From the NCBI RefSeq assembly GCF_009914755.1, contig NC_060927.1: a stretch of DNA of 64,000 nucleotides, one strand, 5' to 3'. Of the stretch, positions 13,564 to 28,529 are shown in pieces. Under the pieces are notes generated by a model. That model worked only from the letters and a program-made list of their open reading frames with translations, was not told the DNA's origin and ran no database searches. Within the stretch, counting starts at the first letter, position 1. Every line of letters begins with the position of its first letter. The stretch comes from the human T2T-CHM13v2.0 reference genome, Homo sapiens. The position numbers were made by a program, and so were the translations under genes.

Positions 13564-14393
13564 GATAAATAGGGATTATTCAAAACTACAGCTACATTGG
13601 CAGCTCCAAAATTCAAATAGAAAATTAAATCAAGTTGTTCTCTTTACCTACAAGTCACATTTGCTATGGCATTTTTAAACTCACAGAAAACTGTAAGTTG
13701 TATGTATTTTAATAAATACATTTTCCTATTATTGAAAAATTTCTAACTTGTTTAACTCTTAGGTTTTTTGCACAGTTGGTTTTTCTAATTATGCATTACA
13801 ACCCAAGTAATTTTAAAATGTATGTGTGTTTCATCTTCCCCAGTCTATGTCTATATTAATTTTAAAGAGCTTATCACCCCAATAACATTGGATATAAAAA
13901 GAAATAAAGATACATATATCTTCTTGGAGTCTATGTCTTTACTTAATCCCTTTTATGATGTTGTATTTTATCAGCCTCTTCTTAATCTTCTAATATCCAA
14001 ACACATATATTTTTCTAGCGTATGATTTTTAAATTTAATATAGGTGGTTTTATGTTTTATAAGGCAGTGGTTCACAGTTTTGGTTATACTTGGAGAAAAG
14101 GAAATGCTGAGAGACTTGGTCAAAAGTCTTTTATTAACAAATAGTTAGATCACTATCAGGAAGTAAATAGCCCTCGGTAAGTTGTACTATTAGTTTTATG
14201 AGTCATTTTTTTTTTTCCGGATAGCTTGTGGTAATTTGACAAATGACTTTTAGAATAATTTTGTCACTCAAGAGGCTTTAGACCTTCAGACGAAAAATCA
14301 ATGTGACTATTCTGTTTCAAAAAATAACTTTTTCATAAATGCATAATGTACGTAAGAAAAATATAGCTTTTATGTGAATTATTTAATTAATAG

Positions 14394-14852
<459 letters not shown>

Positions 14853-16148
14853 TGAAACTAGATTTTTAAAAAATACAAACTTGATAGTATTACCCATCTA
14901 CTTAAATATTATCAATACATTTCTATTACTATGAATATAAAAATGGGCTCCATAATATGGCAGACAAGGGCCTCCATGTCCACAATCCATGCTAGCAAAG
15001 TTTTGAAGATGTTGCAGTTCTTTTTTTTGTATTTCCTCCCTTCCCAGGTTAAACCTCTGGTGCCTCTGATTTTCATGCCCCACCCATTTTTATTTTTATT
15101 TTTCAAAGCATTTATTAGAAAACACTCCATTTTGTTCAAGCTTTCTCTTTCAACTCTTTGGTCAAATTTGAAATGTCAAAAAATTAATAATAATATTTTG
15201 ATTTTCACGTACTATGTGTATTTTCAAAAGTGTCTATAGGGCAATGGCATTACTTAGGTAAAAATGACAAATTCTTATTTTAGAATTACACATTCTGGCA
15301 CATACCAGTGATAAAGATTTGTTGGGTTTATGAGATTATCTGTGTAAACAGGAACACTTGAAATGTTTGCAATTGTCTACTGTCATATGAAGTTTCTTAT
15401 ATTTAAATAGTACAGCAAATGTATAAAAAATATGTTTTGACATGATGACACACTCAATAGCAGCAAAAGATTATAGACCAAAATTCTTGTCAAAAATTCA
15501 AATATTTGATGTCAAAAAATATTTTAAAAATAAACACTGAATATCACTCAGTTGAAAATTAAATTCAATTTCATTTTCCTATTTATAAACTTAATAGCAG
15601 TCTTCTTTATGTTGACATTTTAATTTATAACATTAATTTTAAAAATTTTACTGACTATCCGATAAAAATGAGATGATCCTATTCCAGATATAATACATAT
15701 AAATCAACTTAAAAATAAAAAAATCAGAATAAAGTTTTATAAACGAATGCAGGGTTATGGTTTTATGTTCATAAAACTAATATATGCATAAGTAAATAGA
15801 CTTCTAGTTTTAATAAATTTTAGAAAACTCTTCCCAAAAGGCAATGAATGAATTCTTTTCAGTTTTTCATCAAGTCAGAAAGAAGATTTCACAGAATGAT
15901 GAACACAGAAGGTTTTTTCCGGATTCCCTCCAGTGCTGTGTACATCATTGGCCTTTAAAAAAAATAAATTGAAGGGTGGATATATATCAGAGCCTAAAAT
16001 TAGGACATCAACATTCTAGTCTTCATTTTATCACTAATAATTTCTTTTACTCACTTAACTTCTTCCAAGGAAAGATGAGGTGTTTAGGAAGAACAGGAAC
16101 ATCTGTGAGAATTGAAAGCTTCAGAATGTTATAGCTTGTATAAAGTTG

Positions 16149-16989
16149 GCACTATGGTTTGGATATTTGCCCCCTCCCAAACTCATGTTGAAATTTAATT
16201 ACTATTTTAACACTATCAAAAGAAAGACTCTTTAAAAGGTGATTAGACCTAGGCTGGGTGTGGGGGTGGCTCACACCTGTAATCCCGGCACTTTGGTAGT
16301 CTGAGGCAGGCAGAATGCTAGAGATCAGGAGTTCGAGACTAGCCTGGCCAACCTGTTGAAACCCTGTCTCTACTAAAAATAAAAAAGTAGTCAGGCATGG
16401 TGGCAGGCACCTGTAATCCCAGCTACTGGGAAGGCTGAGGCAGGAGAATCACTTGAACCCTGGAGGTAGAAACTGCTGAGGTGATGCCACTGTGAGCATG
16501 GTGGCTCACACCTGTAATCCCAGCAGTTTGGGAGGCTGAGGCAGGTGGATCACCTGAGGTCAGGAGTTAGAGACAAGCCTGGACAACAGGGTGAAACCCT
16601 GTCTCTACTAAAAATACAAAAATTAGCCGGGTATGGTGGTGGGCGCCTGTAATGTCAAGATTGCGCCACTGCACTCCATGCACTCCAGCCTAGGTGACAA
16701 GAGCGAGGCTCAGTCTCAAAGGAAAAAAAAAAGAAAGAAAAAGTGATTAGATCATGAGGGCTCCAACATTAAGGGTGGAATTGGTGCTGTCACAAAAGGA
16801 CAAATTGAGTTTGTCCCCCTTTTGCTGTCTCTCACATTCCACCATGTCATGATGTAGCAAAGAATGCACTCTCCAGAGGCTAGCACTTTGCTGTTGAACT
16901 TCCCGGCCTCCAGAGCTGGGAGCCGTAAATTTCTGCTTGTTATAAATTACTCAGTATTTTGTTACAGCAGCACAGAACAGACAAAGATG
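16149..16989 (+). mobile_element. MSTB-like MaLR solo LTR interrupted by a compound Alu
   Basis: CTATGGTTTGGATATTTGCCCCCTCCCAAACTCATGTTGAAATT...GTGATTAGA[Alu]TCATGAGGGCTCC...TTATAAATTACTCAG...GTTACAGCAGCACAGAACAGACAAAGA. Confidence 0.85.
16252..16742 (+). mobile_element. compound (double) AluS
   Basis: Alu body 16252-16492 without tail; second Alu start at 16493 running to 16653; then Alu 3' end and A tail; one TSD core GTGATTAGA (16239-16247 / 16743-16751). Confidence 0.9.
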
Positions 16990-17082
16990 GTTACATGGGA
17001 GTATCGGGTTGATTTGCTAAAAGGGGGGCCGAAGGCTGAATTACATGCTAAACCAAGGACTGGGATATTTTATCCTGTAGGC

Positions 17083-17260
17083 TGATGGTACTCAAACTTT
17101 GCTCTACCTAAGTATAAACTAAAATTTATTTAGAAAAAAGACATTCTCAGATCCTGATTCTTCCTTTGAGATTGTTATTCAGTAAATCTGAGATAAAGGT
17201 GAGGAATCAATTGTTTTCAGGTGATCCTGATAATAAAGTTTGCTTTGAAAAACACTACTC
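17083..17260. mobile_element. MER5-family hAT-Charlie MITE
   Basis: TGGTACTCAAACTTTG...GAGATTGTTATTCAGTAAATCTGAGATAAAG...CAGGTGATCCTGAT...TTTGAAAAACACTA. Confidence 0.6.
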
Positions 17261-19599
17261 ATGGCCATGAGTAGTTAATACTTAATGTTTTAAAAATTAG
17301 GGTATGAAATTAGATTTATCTATTGGCCTTTAAGGCTAGGATTAATATATTTCAGCATGTGTATGTATAAGAGTTGTTACATTAATTTTTATTAAAAATT
17401 GTGTTTAAGTATGGAAATATTGTATTCATAGTACACTGCTGAGAAAATATATTAAATCTATGCCCAAGTATACACATAAATATTCATTGTCTTAATGATA
17501 CATGACTTATTAGTGACATTAAATATAAAAACTTTTGTGCCATTGGTATTGTGTCAAAACCTGTCAAAGGAATATGAGTTTTTAATAGAGTGCCATTTTA
17601 TATAATGTCTTCTATCCAAAGCATTTACATTTATAATTGGAATATAAATGTTCATAAAAACTGAAATATTCATAAGGCTAAGAAAAACTTTTATGAAGAA
17701 CAGAATTTTGATAGATGCTTCTGTAAAAATGAATTGTCTGCATTTAAAAGTGACAAGCTTTATAACTGTCCATAATGGTGATCTCTTACTAGCTATAAAG
17801 CAGTTAGCAATATATAAAATTTTAATGCTAAAAAGATTCATCACACTTTATTGCATTCTAGAAAGCTACAGTGCCCATAATTATTTTTATTCATATATTT
17901 TCCATCTTTGTATTTTTATTCTATATAGAATTAATTCCTATATTTAAAATATTCATTAAACAATTAGTCCTGAGGTTTTTCCTCCTTTTAACAAAAAGTA
18001 AATCTCAAAACATGATTTCTATCAGTTTTACTGAAGGTTTATTTTTGTCATTATATTTCTAATATAAAATGTTTGAAATTTGAATATCCCAAAAGTATAA
18101 ATTGGCCCAATATCTTATTATTTGGTTTGGATAGAAAATTGCTAATTTGGTGGCAATTAACATTAAATTTAATATCTTTCTTCATTACGTTTCCAAAATA
18201 TTTTCAAATATCAATAGGTGTTCTTTAAAAGATTGGGACAATATTTTTGTATGTTCTATCTTTAATTCCAGATTTGGTGTATTCCCTTGAAATGCATGTT
18301 TTATTTGTACATACTGATAAATATATTTTATTCTCAGTAATTACTCATTATTCCTAGTTGCCTAAGGCACTCCACCCATTGAATTGTTGGTCTTTATTTA
18401 TTTACCAAGATAATAAATCATTGTCATTAAGTTTCATAGTAGAGGTTTTTTATTTGTTTGATTTTATATTTGCAAGCAAGACAATACTTTAAAAATAAAA
18501 GTATTTGATCCAGACCCTTGAGAGACAAATATTTGAAGTTGATTTTAAAAATGTGGTTTTATGATCAAAAGCTAGATTCTGGCTGAATCGAAGTATATAA
18601 AGTTTTCGTAATGAACCAAGCAGATGGATGTATAAGGAGTTAACTACAGTTTTCCCTCCCCAAATGCAGAAAAAGACAAAATGAAAAGCAAGGATGAAGT
18701 TTCTGATGGGAACATTTCCAGAGTTTAGACAAAATAAATACCTAAAAGCTGCCCCAAGCAAGTGTGGGGAAATGAGAGAGAAAGCTCACAGATGGAGATT
18801 CCAGAATACATGTGACCATTATCTGACTTCTTGTGGTAGAATCCAGAGGAAAGTAAATCTCTTAGGAAACCTTCACTTCTGGATGTGATTGAATGGTGGT
18901 TATAGCAGCTCCGAATGCCCGCATCTAGTCCCAAGTGTGAAGGGTTTGGAATGGCAGCGGATTAAAAGGGAACTTGGGGCTGTTGTTAGAAAATATCTAG
19001 CTAGCACATGTGCTTCCCTTGATGACTGAAAGGAGCTTTTGGTTCAAGGATGTAATAGTGAACATCAGTAAATGATAACAAAGGTGAGATGAACGTGTGC
19101 ACCTCAGGGGAGGCCAGTGATGTCTCTTCATATAATATATTTCTCATTTAAATCCACATGAGTTTGGGGAAAATATTTTTATTAAAATCCCTAACTATAA
19201 ATATTTGTAGGAATTAAATTGTAAGAATAATTTTTAAAACTTCCTTTACATAAAACTAAAAAGTAGGTGTAGTATGTGTCACTTAGAAAGCAAAGTAGAA
19301 GCTATCTAACTTGCTTATTTATCCAGTAAGCAATTTATCCCCCCTCTCATACATTTTCACTAATACACACACGCACAAGCACACATGTTTGAATGTAGTA
19401 GTACTTAGCACATACCTGATTAGGATGGTCGCATAAGGTATGTAACAGACTTATTCATGAATCTCTCTTCTCCTAAATGAGCATTATTCACAGCAGACAC
19501 CCCAAACCTGAACACTTACAATACACGTTCTGTTATTCTTTAATATGCAAAAGAGAAATTGACCATTCTTGCCACATCTTTTCTGCTTAATTCAAATAA

Positions 19600-20100
19600 T
19601 CGCATTCTACAGAGTAACATAGTTAACATGTCTCTCAACTCAGTCCTTTAACTTTTTAATATGTAAATAACGTCATATTTTTTCTCTGTTTAAACGTCTC
19701 CAGTGATTTTCCACTTGTGCTTAGAGTATAATTAAAACCCTTTTTCTGGTCAGCAACTGGCTTTTTGATTGTAATTCATACCATGCTCCTCCTGGCTCAC
19801 TGACTCCAGCCATTCTGAACTACATTTAGCTGTAAGGATACACCAAGCCTGTATCCACCTCAGAGACTGCACTTACTCTTTATTCTCCCTTAGATCTTTA
19901 AATGTTTGATTCTTTCTTGTAATTCAGATTTCAACTCACGTATTGCCTCAGGGAAGAACTTTCCTGGCTATATTACTTGACATCGCTTCCTCACTAGTTA
20001 GGCACACACTTGCTCCCACCATAGTTACTTTCCTTCACCGCACTGTATTCTTTTCATAGCACTTGTCACTATCTAACAGTACCCTTTATTTAACTGCTTG
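19600..20100 (+). mobile_element. L2 3' region
   Basis: CTCCAGTGATTTTCCACTTGTGCTTAGAGTATAA, GGCTCACTGACTCCAGCCA, CCACCTCAGAGACT, TTTCATAGCACTTGTCACTATCT. Confidence 0.75.
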
Positions 20101-20249
20101 AGCTGCGATTCAAAAATAATAATAAAACCTAGTGAGGTATTTGTTTGTTTATCTATTTCCATATGTTTTATTCACTTTTGGTTTGGGGATAATTAAAGGA
20201 ACTATATAAACAAAAATAAGTAGTCAGTAATCATATCATTTGTGAATGA

Positions 20250-20900
20250 CTTATAGGTGCTTCCAAGTTATGAAGGCACACATAACAAGGCAATGAATAT
20301 GGAGATGGAGATCTGGAGAGGTAAGTCAATTTACATGGATCACAGAAGGCTTTGAATGACTTGTTAAAAAGATTGACTCTGATCCTTGGGCAACAGGAAA
20401 GTAATTAAGGGTTTCAATTATTGGTATGGACTAACATCATCAAATGTATAAATGGGGAAAAATATGCTGAGCATAGTAATATGAGAGATTTGAGAACATG
20501 TTACCATATTACTGATTGTTATGTCTTTGCTTTTTTATTCAACAGTTATTTATTGAGCACTCTTTTAGACACTGGGGATAAAGCAGTGAAAAAAACAAAA
20601 TTCTAATCCTTATGAAACTTACATACCAGGGAGAGACACAGAAAGTAAACAGATGAGCAAATACGTGTAAGCGTATAAAAGTAAATATATAATTGTTAAT
20701 GTATACATATGATGTAAATACATAATTATAATATGTAAATATAAATATATAATTCTGAGTAGAAAATGCTATAATCAAAAACAAACAAGATCATGAAGAT
20801 GTAATATGAAGGTGGTGTTATTTTGAAAAGCATTTCTTAGTAGTTATATTTGGAACAGAAGTGCAAATCTACTGTGGGAGAGATATGCCAACATATGGAG
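20250..20900 (-). mobile_element. L2 fragments
   Basis: GATCTGGAGAGGTAAG...GATCACAGAAGGCTTTG...TTGGGCAACAGGAAAG; TTCAACAGTTATTTATTGAGCAC...TAGACACTGGGGATAAAGCAGTGAA (L2a 3' end antisense). Confidence 0.7.
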
Positions 20901-20921
20901 AAATATGCATGTATCACAAGA

Positions 20922-22104
20922 CAGGTTACTGAAACATTATCAACCTAAGGAATCCTTTACAATCTTAAAATTACTGAGGACTACAAAGAATTTTTGTTAA
21001 TGCAAGTCATATCTATGTCTACATATTTATTTATGTCTATCTGTATAATGCATATATCTGAATCTATGTATATATAATCTTTATATGTCTTACTATGAAT
21101 TAAAATGATATCCTAAAATGTTTATTAATTCAATTTCAAATAACAATAAAATCTATATCACGGGAGCCTAAATAACATATTTTATTAAAATAACTATATT
21201 TTCCAAAAACCCAATAATGTAATGAGAAGACTGTTTTGCGTTTTGACAATTTTCTGTAATTTCAGGCTAAATAGAAGTTAACTGGATTTTCAAATTTGTT
21301 TCTGTAATAATACTGTGCAATGTGTTGTTTAAGTTGAAGTATGTGATGAAAATATGGTGTCATGGATATATTTAATTGGAAAGGAGGACAGTTTTTAATA
21401 TCATTTCAGATAATATTGGATATTCCTCCTGGTGGTTATTGCATCAAAACTTGACAAGTCATTTCTTAAAAGTTTATTTCAATGTGGAATCAGAAACCAC
21501 ATCAAAAAACATTTCATACTCACTTTATTCCATTAAAATTCATTGGTATTTTTTGTACTTTGAATGACTATTTTATACATATATGACCTTTAACATTATG
21601 TGTTGGTCATTTGAAAAATATTGATTCACTAAGTTATGTGTTTACCCATTTCATTATAAAATATTAATATTGATTACATCATCAATATCAGATAAAACAG
21701 TTTTGAATAATGACAAGTTGTCGATGTCATGGTGGCCAATACAAATTTTTCAAAATTCTAAATGCTAAAAATCAATACCCTCGACTGTTTTCCTTAAAGT
21801 GGAAGTTGACTCACTGTGTTCATTTTTTATTTTATTTTTAGAGGTGTGTGTGTGTGTGTGTGTGGCTGTGTGTCTGTGTGTGTGAATTCAATGACTCTTA
21901 GTATATTGGTGGTGTTTTGATTTCTGCTGTGGTGCACATGTTTTACCTTCATTGCATTTGCATTATTAGTGCATCATTATTGCCAAAGGCAACATGAGAA
22001 AAGCAAATAACATCTGAGTATTGTTATGAAATGGTTTTTGGCAAATAGATCCGCTGAAGGTTTCTTGGGGGTGCTCAAACACTACACAGTTCTTGAGAAC
22101 CATC
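20922..22104. mobile_element. Arthur1B-like hAT-Tip100 DNA transposon
   Basis: AGGAATCCTTTACAATCTTAAAATTACTGAGGACTACAAAGAATTTTTGTT at left end; CCGCTGAAGGTTTCTTGGGG...TTGAGAACCA at right end; interior matches recalled Arthur1B. Confidence 0.75.
21844..21884. repeat. (TG)n microsatellite, interrupted
   Basis: directly visible. Confidence 0.95.
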
Positions 22105-23189
22105 AACACATTTTGTTTTGGATTGTGCTCTGGGGTAACTCACTCCATAGAAACAAGTTTTAATATTACACTATCCAGAAAGGAGGGGCATCCCGAAATT
22201 AGAACAGAAGACTTAAACGTAGTTCTAAAGTTTGCTATCTTTCTATCATATGCAGTTTCATTTCATAAAGGACTTAGTGTCCCATGAGCTCTGGATATAA
22301 TAACTATTTCTGCTAATTCTGATTCCAAGTACCAGCAAATCACACACAATACGGACGATCACGTTAGAATAGCTATAATTAACTTAAGGGATATATGTAT
22401 GAAAGCCTTCATGTCAATTTATCTTGAAAAAAATAAACCCTGGAAAGATTATTCTTGCATTTAGAGATCTAATCAGCATACAGAGATAATGTTAATAGTT
22501 GTCAATTTGTCTCCTCATACTTAACATTCCTTCACCCCATCCAATAACATGTGGGCAGGAATCAGATCCTTCTTTTGGGAAAGTTTAGGAGTCATTGAAA
22601 TGAGCATATGAGCTTATATGTTCCTGCTGTAAATCATAACCAATATATACTCACTAATGCATCCCAGCATGTACTATAAATTGGCAATATAGATTGTTTG
22701 CAAAAATTCCTTATAAAACAATCCTTGGAAATTTTTCTATAGCAGAATTGAAATGCCCTCTGCAGATGCTAGCAAATGCTTCTACTCTTACGTGACCATC
22801 AATCATCTCATATTGTTCCCATACACATCAATGCCCAGGCCAGTAGCAGACAGAAAACAAAATTGTAAAGTGATAAGTGTACCCACAAAACTTCTCTGAA
22901 TGGACCAAGTTTATTCTTAATATTAGTCATTTTCTTTTCTCTCCACAGCTATATGTGTAGCTAAAAGAGATCGTGGGACACAGGGATCTGCAGACAAGAA
23001 GAAAATCCTACCTCTCTACATGTTCTGCATCTCAATTTAGCATCTCCTATTGTCTGTGGGTTTTTTTTGTTTTTAGTTAATTATAATTTTGACATAATTA
23101 ACCTTCCTTAGGTTCAGTGCGGAAACTTTAGAAATGTGGCTAAAATGAAAGCTAAATTTAGTCAATTTTTCTAGTTTAAGTTCACTAAA

Positions 23190-23680
<491 letters not shown>

Positions 23681-23870
23681 TATACTAGGACGTATATGTT
23701 TATTATTCTCTTAAATAATTTGGCAAATTGTAGCATACCTATATTTATACTTTAATTTTGCTTGTTAACTTCTTGTAATAAATATTAAGCACCTATCCAT
23801 GACACACAAGTCATGCAGTTATTTTCTTTCTAATTTAGCTTAATCCTTTGCCTTTGTTTGCAAAGCCTGT

Positions 23871-23873
<3 letters not shown>

Positions 23874-23912
<39 letters not shown>
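23874..23912 (+). repeat. pure poly(A)39 tract
   Basis: 39 consecutive A with no recognisable Alu/L1 body upstream. Confidence 0.95.
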
Positions 23913-23915
<3 letters not shown>

Positions 23916-25273
23916 TGCAGTTTCAGAATACATATACCAGACCTAAAAGCATCCTCCTCAATTGGTAGCAGAGAAAAAAAATTGCATAGCCTAGCCAAAT
24001 AGTGTAAATCTCCTTCCAAGACTATCATTGACTGGAGAGATTGCTTTTGGAAAATAGGTAACTCAAGCTATGAAGATGCACTGTTTAATTTATTTTATAA
24101 AAGAATGCAAGACAAAGCCAATGCAAACAAAACTTACAACCATTCTTTGAATATATCAAATTAGGGCTAAGAACCATGTAAAATAAGAATAATTGCTGGG
24201 CAATATGTATACAGTTCATTATTTTTTAAAATATGCAATTATAATTGAATAAGGATGAAAGGCGATTGTAATAAAACACTGGTAATTTTGGGAGTTTCAA
24301 GATAAAGACTATCATCTCCCTTGTGCGTTGGACAGACATGTGTTTTGGCAACCACTTTGATTTTTTGCCCAGGCTCTATTACAGCCATTCTTATCTACAT
24401 TTCATTCAGAGAAATAGAAAAGAAAGCAAAATCCCAGTCTGCTGAGGCAGGAATAAATGCATTGTGCATCTGATATAGTTAGTTCATTCATTCCACTAAA
24501 AAAAAAATTCTGACAGTTTATCAATTTGCAGTGAAAAAAAGATTTATCTTCAGGTGAAATTAATTTCGATTAAAATGGGAAGACTCTTTCCACTAGCAGA
24601 CTGTCTTTTGTTAAGATGAATAGTAAAACCAAATAACAAAAAAAGTGCTAGGGGAACAGGGAAAGAATTGATCTTAACAATATAATATATATCCTCCAGT
24701 ACCCTTTTTTCACAAGGTGAATGTTATTTATATGTGAGATAATTTGGACTAATTTGAAGAGCTTGGGGAAGAAAAAAACAGAATATTAAAACATTTCAAA
24801 AACCTTGAACTAGAAGTGAAAAAGGAATAAGAAATTAAATGTTGAGAATGTATTTATATTCGTATACACGTATGTGTACATGTATATGTACATTACATTC
24901 ATATATATATATAAATACACACATTTTATATGATCATTTCATTATAATATGGGATTACACTTTCTGGAGAAAGTACCTCTTAATTCCATTATTGATAGAG
25001 ATTGGTGAAGACTATGATAAAGAGAATGAAATTCTTTCCAATGGTAAGAAACAGGAGATAGATTTGTGCAACTGACAACAGTTCGTAATGAAAATATTTA
25101 CATAACACTACTTCTCATATATTTTCATACATCTATGGAGACTTCTCACTGTGATAAAGAGCGCTATACACATCTGGAGAAGGTTGAATGCAGGACTAGG
25201 GTATGGCAGAATGCCTATCATAATGGGACAATGAGCAAATGAAATTCTTTAAGATAGTAATTGAATAAAATAT

Positions 25274-25274
<1 letters not shown>

Positions 25275-25305
<31 letters not shown>
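25275..25305. repeat. (CA)n microsatellite
   Basis: directly visible. Confidence 0.97.
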
Positions 25306-25307
<2 letters not shown>

Positions 25308-25503
25308 CCATATGGACAAGCAAGTTTGGTTCCTCTTTCTAAAGATCAATGACTTAACGTCCTGAATGACTTCTTTGTGCTTAAACTCTAGTTTGCGAAT
25401 CTTTAACTGTAATTATTTAAACTCTTAAAAATATATTTTTCTTTTTCCCAAAACATGCACAATGGCTAGACTAATTGATTCATTTGTAGAAAAATATTAC
25501 TCA

Positions 25504-25944
<441 letters not shown>

Positions 25945-26643
25945 TTACTTAGAGGATCTAAAATATTTATGATAATAATTTCAAAAAGGTAAAAAATATA
26001 ATAAATGTTTACATATTATCTTTTACAGTGTCATATATATTTTGGAATAAAATTATCTGATAAAAAATGAAGAAGATAAAATACATATATGAGATAATTC
26101 CTTTTCAATACCCCATTATCACTTAAATACTAATTATGCAAAATAAGACCATTCATTTATTTAATATAGACATATTATATGCCTTCTAAGTAATGGTATA
26201 CTCGACCCAGGGGGCACGTTGACGAAACTTGCAGCTCTGTCTTCAAAACACTTACAAGTTAGAATATAATTTGTGAATTACCTATGCCTTTTTACAAATT
26301 CTGTAATTTCCTTTCTTTGCTTTTAACTATTCGCTTCCCTGGTTGTCATTCCCTCTCCCAGAAGAGACACAGAGAAAGATAAGTATTGACGTATCAGGAT
26401 ACAAAACACTTAAGTTATAGCATCTGTTACTTGCTGTGTCACTTCTTGCGAGATGAACATGTGTAAATGGAAACCACATCTTTTGCTACCTGTTCATCTA
26501 CGTTGAATGCTGAAAATGAGAGAGTGGGTGAAAGGAGAAGAAATAATTTAACCACAAGAAGTAAAAACAGCTGGTTCTAGTTCAAAGCAAAAGAAAAAAG
26601 CAGCAAGAAACAAAAGCACAAGTACTAGGACAGAAAGGAAGGA

Positions 26644-27729
26644 GATATATATATATATAACATATATATTATATATCATATATTATATATAATAATATAT
26701 ACAATATATAATATTATATAATTATAATATATAATTATATATAATAATTATATAATAATATGTATATAATATTGTATATGTATTAACATGTATATAACAT
26801 ATAATATGTATAATATGTATATAAATATAATATAATATATACATATATAATAATATATGTATATATAACACATTATATATAATATTATATATAATATATA
26901 TAATATAATGTAATATAATTATATTATACATAATATTATATATAATTATATTATTATATATAATATTATGTATAATATACTTATAATATATAATTATTAT
27001 AATAATTATTATAAGAATTATAATATATAATTATTATAAGAATTATAATATATAATTATTATAATAATTATTATAATATAATTATAATATATAATTCTTA
27101 TAATAATTCTTATAATATAATTCTTATAAGTATAAATAATAATATAATATAATAATATATAATATAATTATATATATAATAATATTATATATATTATTTA
27201 TTGTATAATATATAATATATATTATATAATAATATATATTATTATATATAATAATTATATATAATATATATTTTCTATATATCTATATATAGATATATGG
27301 ATATATAATATATATATTTTCTATATATATCTATATATAGATATATAATATATATATTTTCTATATATATCTATATATAGATATATAATATATATATTTC
27401 TATGTATATCTATATATAGATATATAATATATATATTTTCTATATATATTATATATAGATATATAATATATATATTTTCTATATATATCTATATATAGAT
27501 ATATAATATATATATTTTCTATATATATCTATATATAAATATCTCTATATATAAATATACATATAAGTATATATCTATATATAAAATATATATAACATAC
27601 ATATTATATAATATATTTAACATACATATTATATATGCTATATATATAATTTATAATATATAACATATATTATATATGCTATATATAAAATGTGATATAT
27701 ATAATATATATGTTATATATGCATATATA
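26644..27729. repeat. 1.1-kb (TA)-rich low-complexity tract with internal minisatellite
   Basis: Almost exclusively A/T; 40-bp unit ATATATAATATATATATTTTCTATATATATCTATATATAG repeated about 7 times at ~27260-27540 (27301-27340 identical to 27341-27380). Confidence 0.97.
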
Positions 27730-27904
27730 TAACTTATTTGAATACTAGTATTTTTTTTTCATAGAAAAGTTTAAATGACCTGCCCAAGGTCAGGCAAACA
27801 AATATTAGCAGTAAACAGAATTCAGGCAGCCATCTGCCTTTAGTTTGCACTTTCAACCACTCCACTATAGAATCTTCTCTAGGGATTTCTTTTATATTTA
27901 GTTG
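27730..27904 (-). repeat. left arm of near-perfect inverted repeat (copy of 28530-28706)
   Basis: Base-by-base reverse complement of 28530-28706 except T9 versus A11 homopolymer length. Confidence 0.97.
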
Positions 27905-28099
27905 AGCTTTTCATTCCTGAAGCCCTAATACAGATTTTCTTTTCTTTAAAACAGCTTGGCATTGTTTCCAAATATAAAAATCACTCTTTGTGCAAAAATA
28001 TATTTAGGGAATCTTAGTTGTTCTCCTTGAAAAATAGCATTCTCCAACTTCATAGTGTCACACCCAGTCAGGACAGAATCTTCCATCAATTATAAATTA

Positions 28100-28136
28100 C
28101 TATATATCTATATATCTATATCTATCTATCTATATA

Positions 28137-28179
<43 letters not shown>
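28100..28179. repeat. (TATC)n/(TA)n microsatellite
   Basis: directly visible; about 20 pure TA units. Confidence 0.95.
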
Positions 28180-28182
<3 letters not shown>

Positions 28183-28529
28183 CTAATGAATTATTTGGCC
28201 TCATCACAGGAGCACTTTTTTTCTCCTCTTGGAGCCATCTCCTCAACTTTGAATTGGTATCTAAACAATTACTTTTCAAAATAAATTTACTTTAATGTAG
28301 ATTGAATTTGCTGTTTGTTTCATCAATTATGATTTCAGGTCTATATTTTCTAATTTCACCCTAATTTTTTAATCTTATTTAGAAGCCCTGCTTCTCCTAC
28401 ACAAGCCTTAGTTTTTGCCAACATAAATTACTAAAGACTATTTTATATTTAAAAAAATACCAGTATATATTTATTAATTATCACTCTGCCATCTATACAG
28501 AGAGTTAAGGAACTTGAGAGAAAGAAGCA

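Noticed and set aside
18489-18934. Cluster of short ORFs in non-repeat sequence
   Set aside because: No recognisable homology, codon bias or splice framing; lengths consistent with chance
22930-23010. Strong splice acceptor TTTTCTTTTCTCTCCACAG at ~22949
   Set aside because: No convincing downstream donor or reading frame; lone acceptor-like sites are common
26722-26931. 69-aa Y/I-rich ORF
   Set aside because: Translation of low-complexity (TA)n DNA
27260-27540. Regular 40-bp repeats as a CRISPR-like array
   Set aside because: Head-to-tail tandem units with no unique spacers; eukaryotic AT minisatellite
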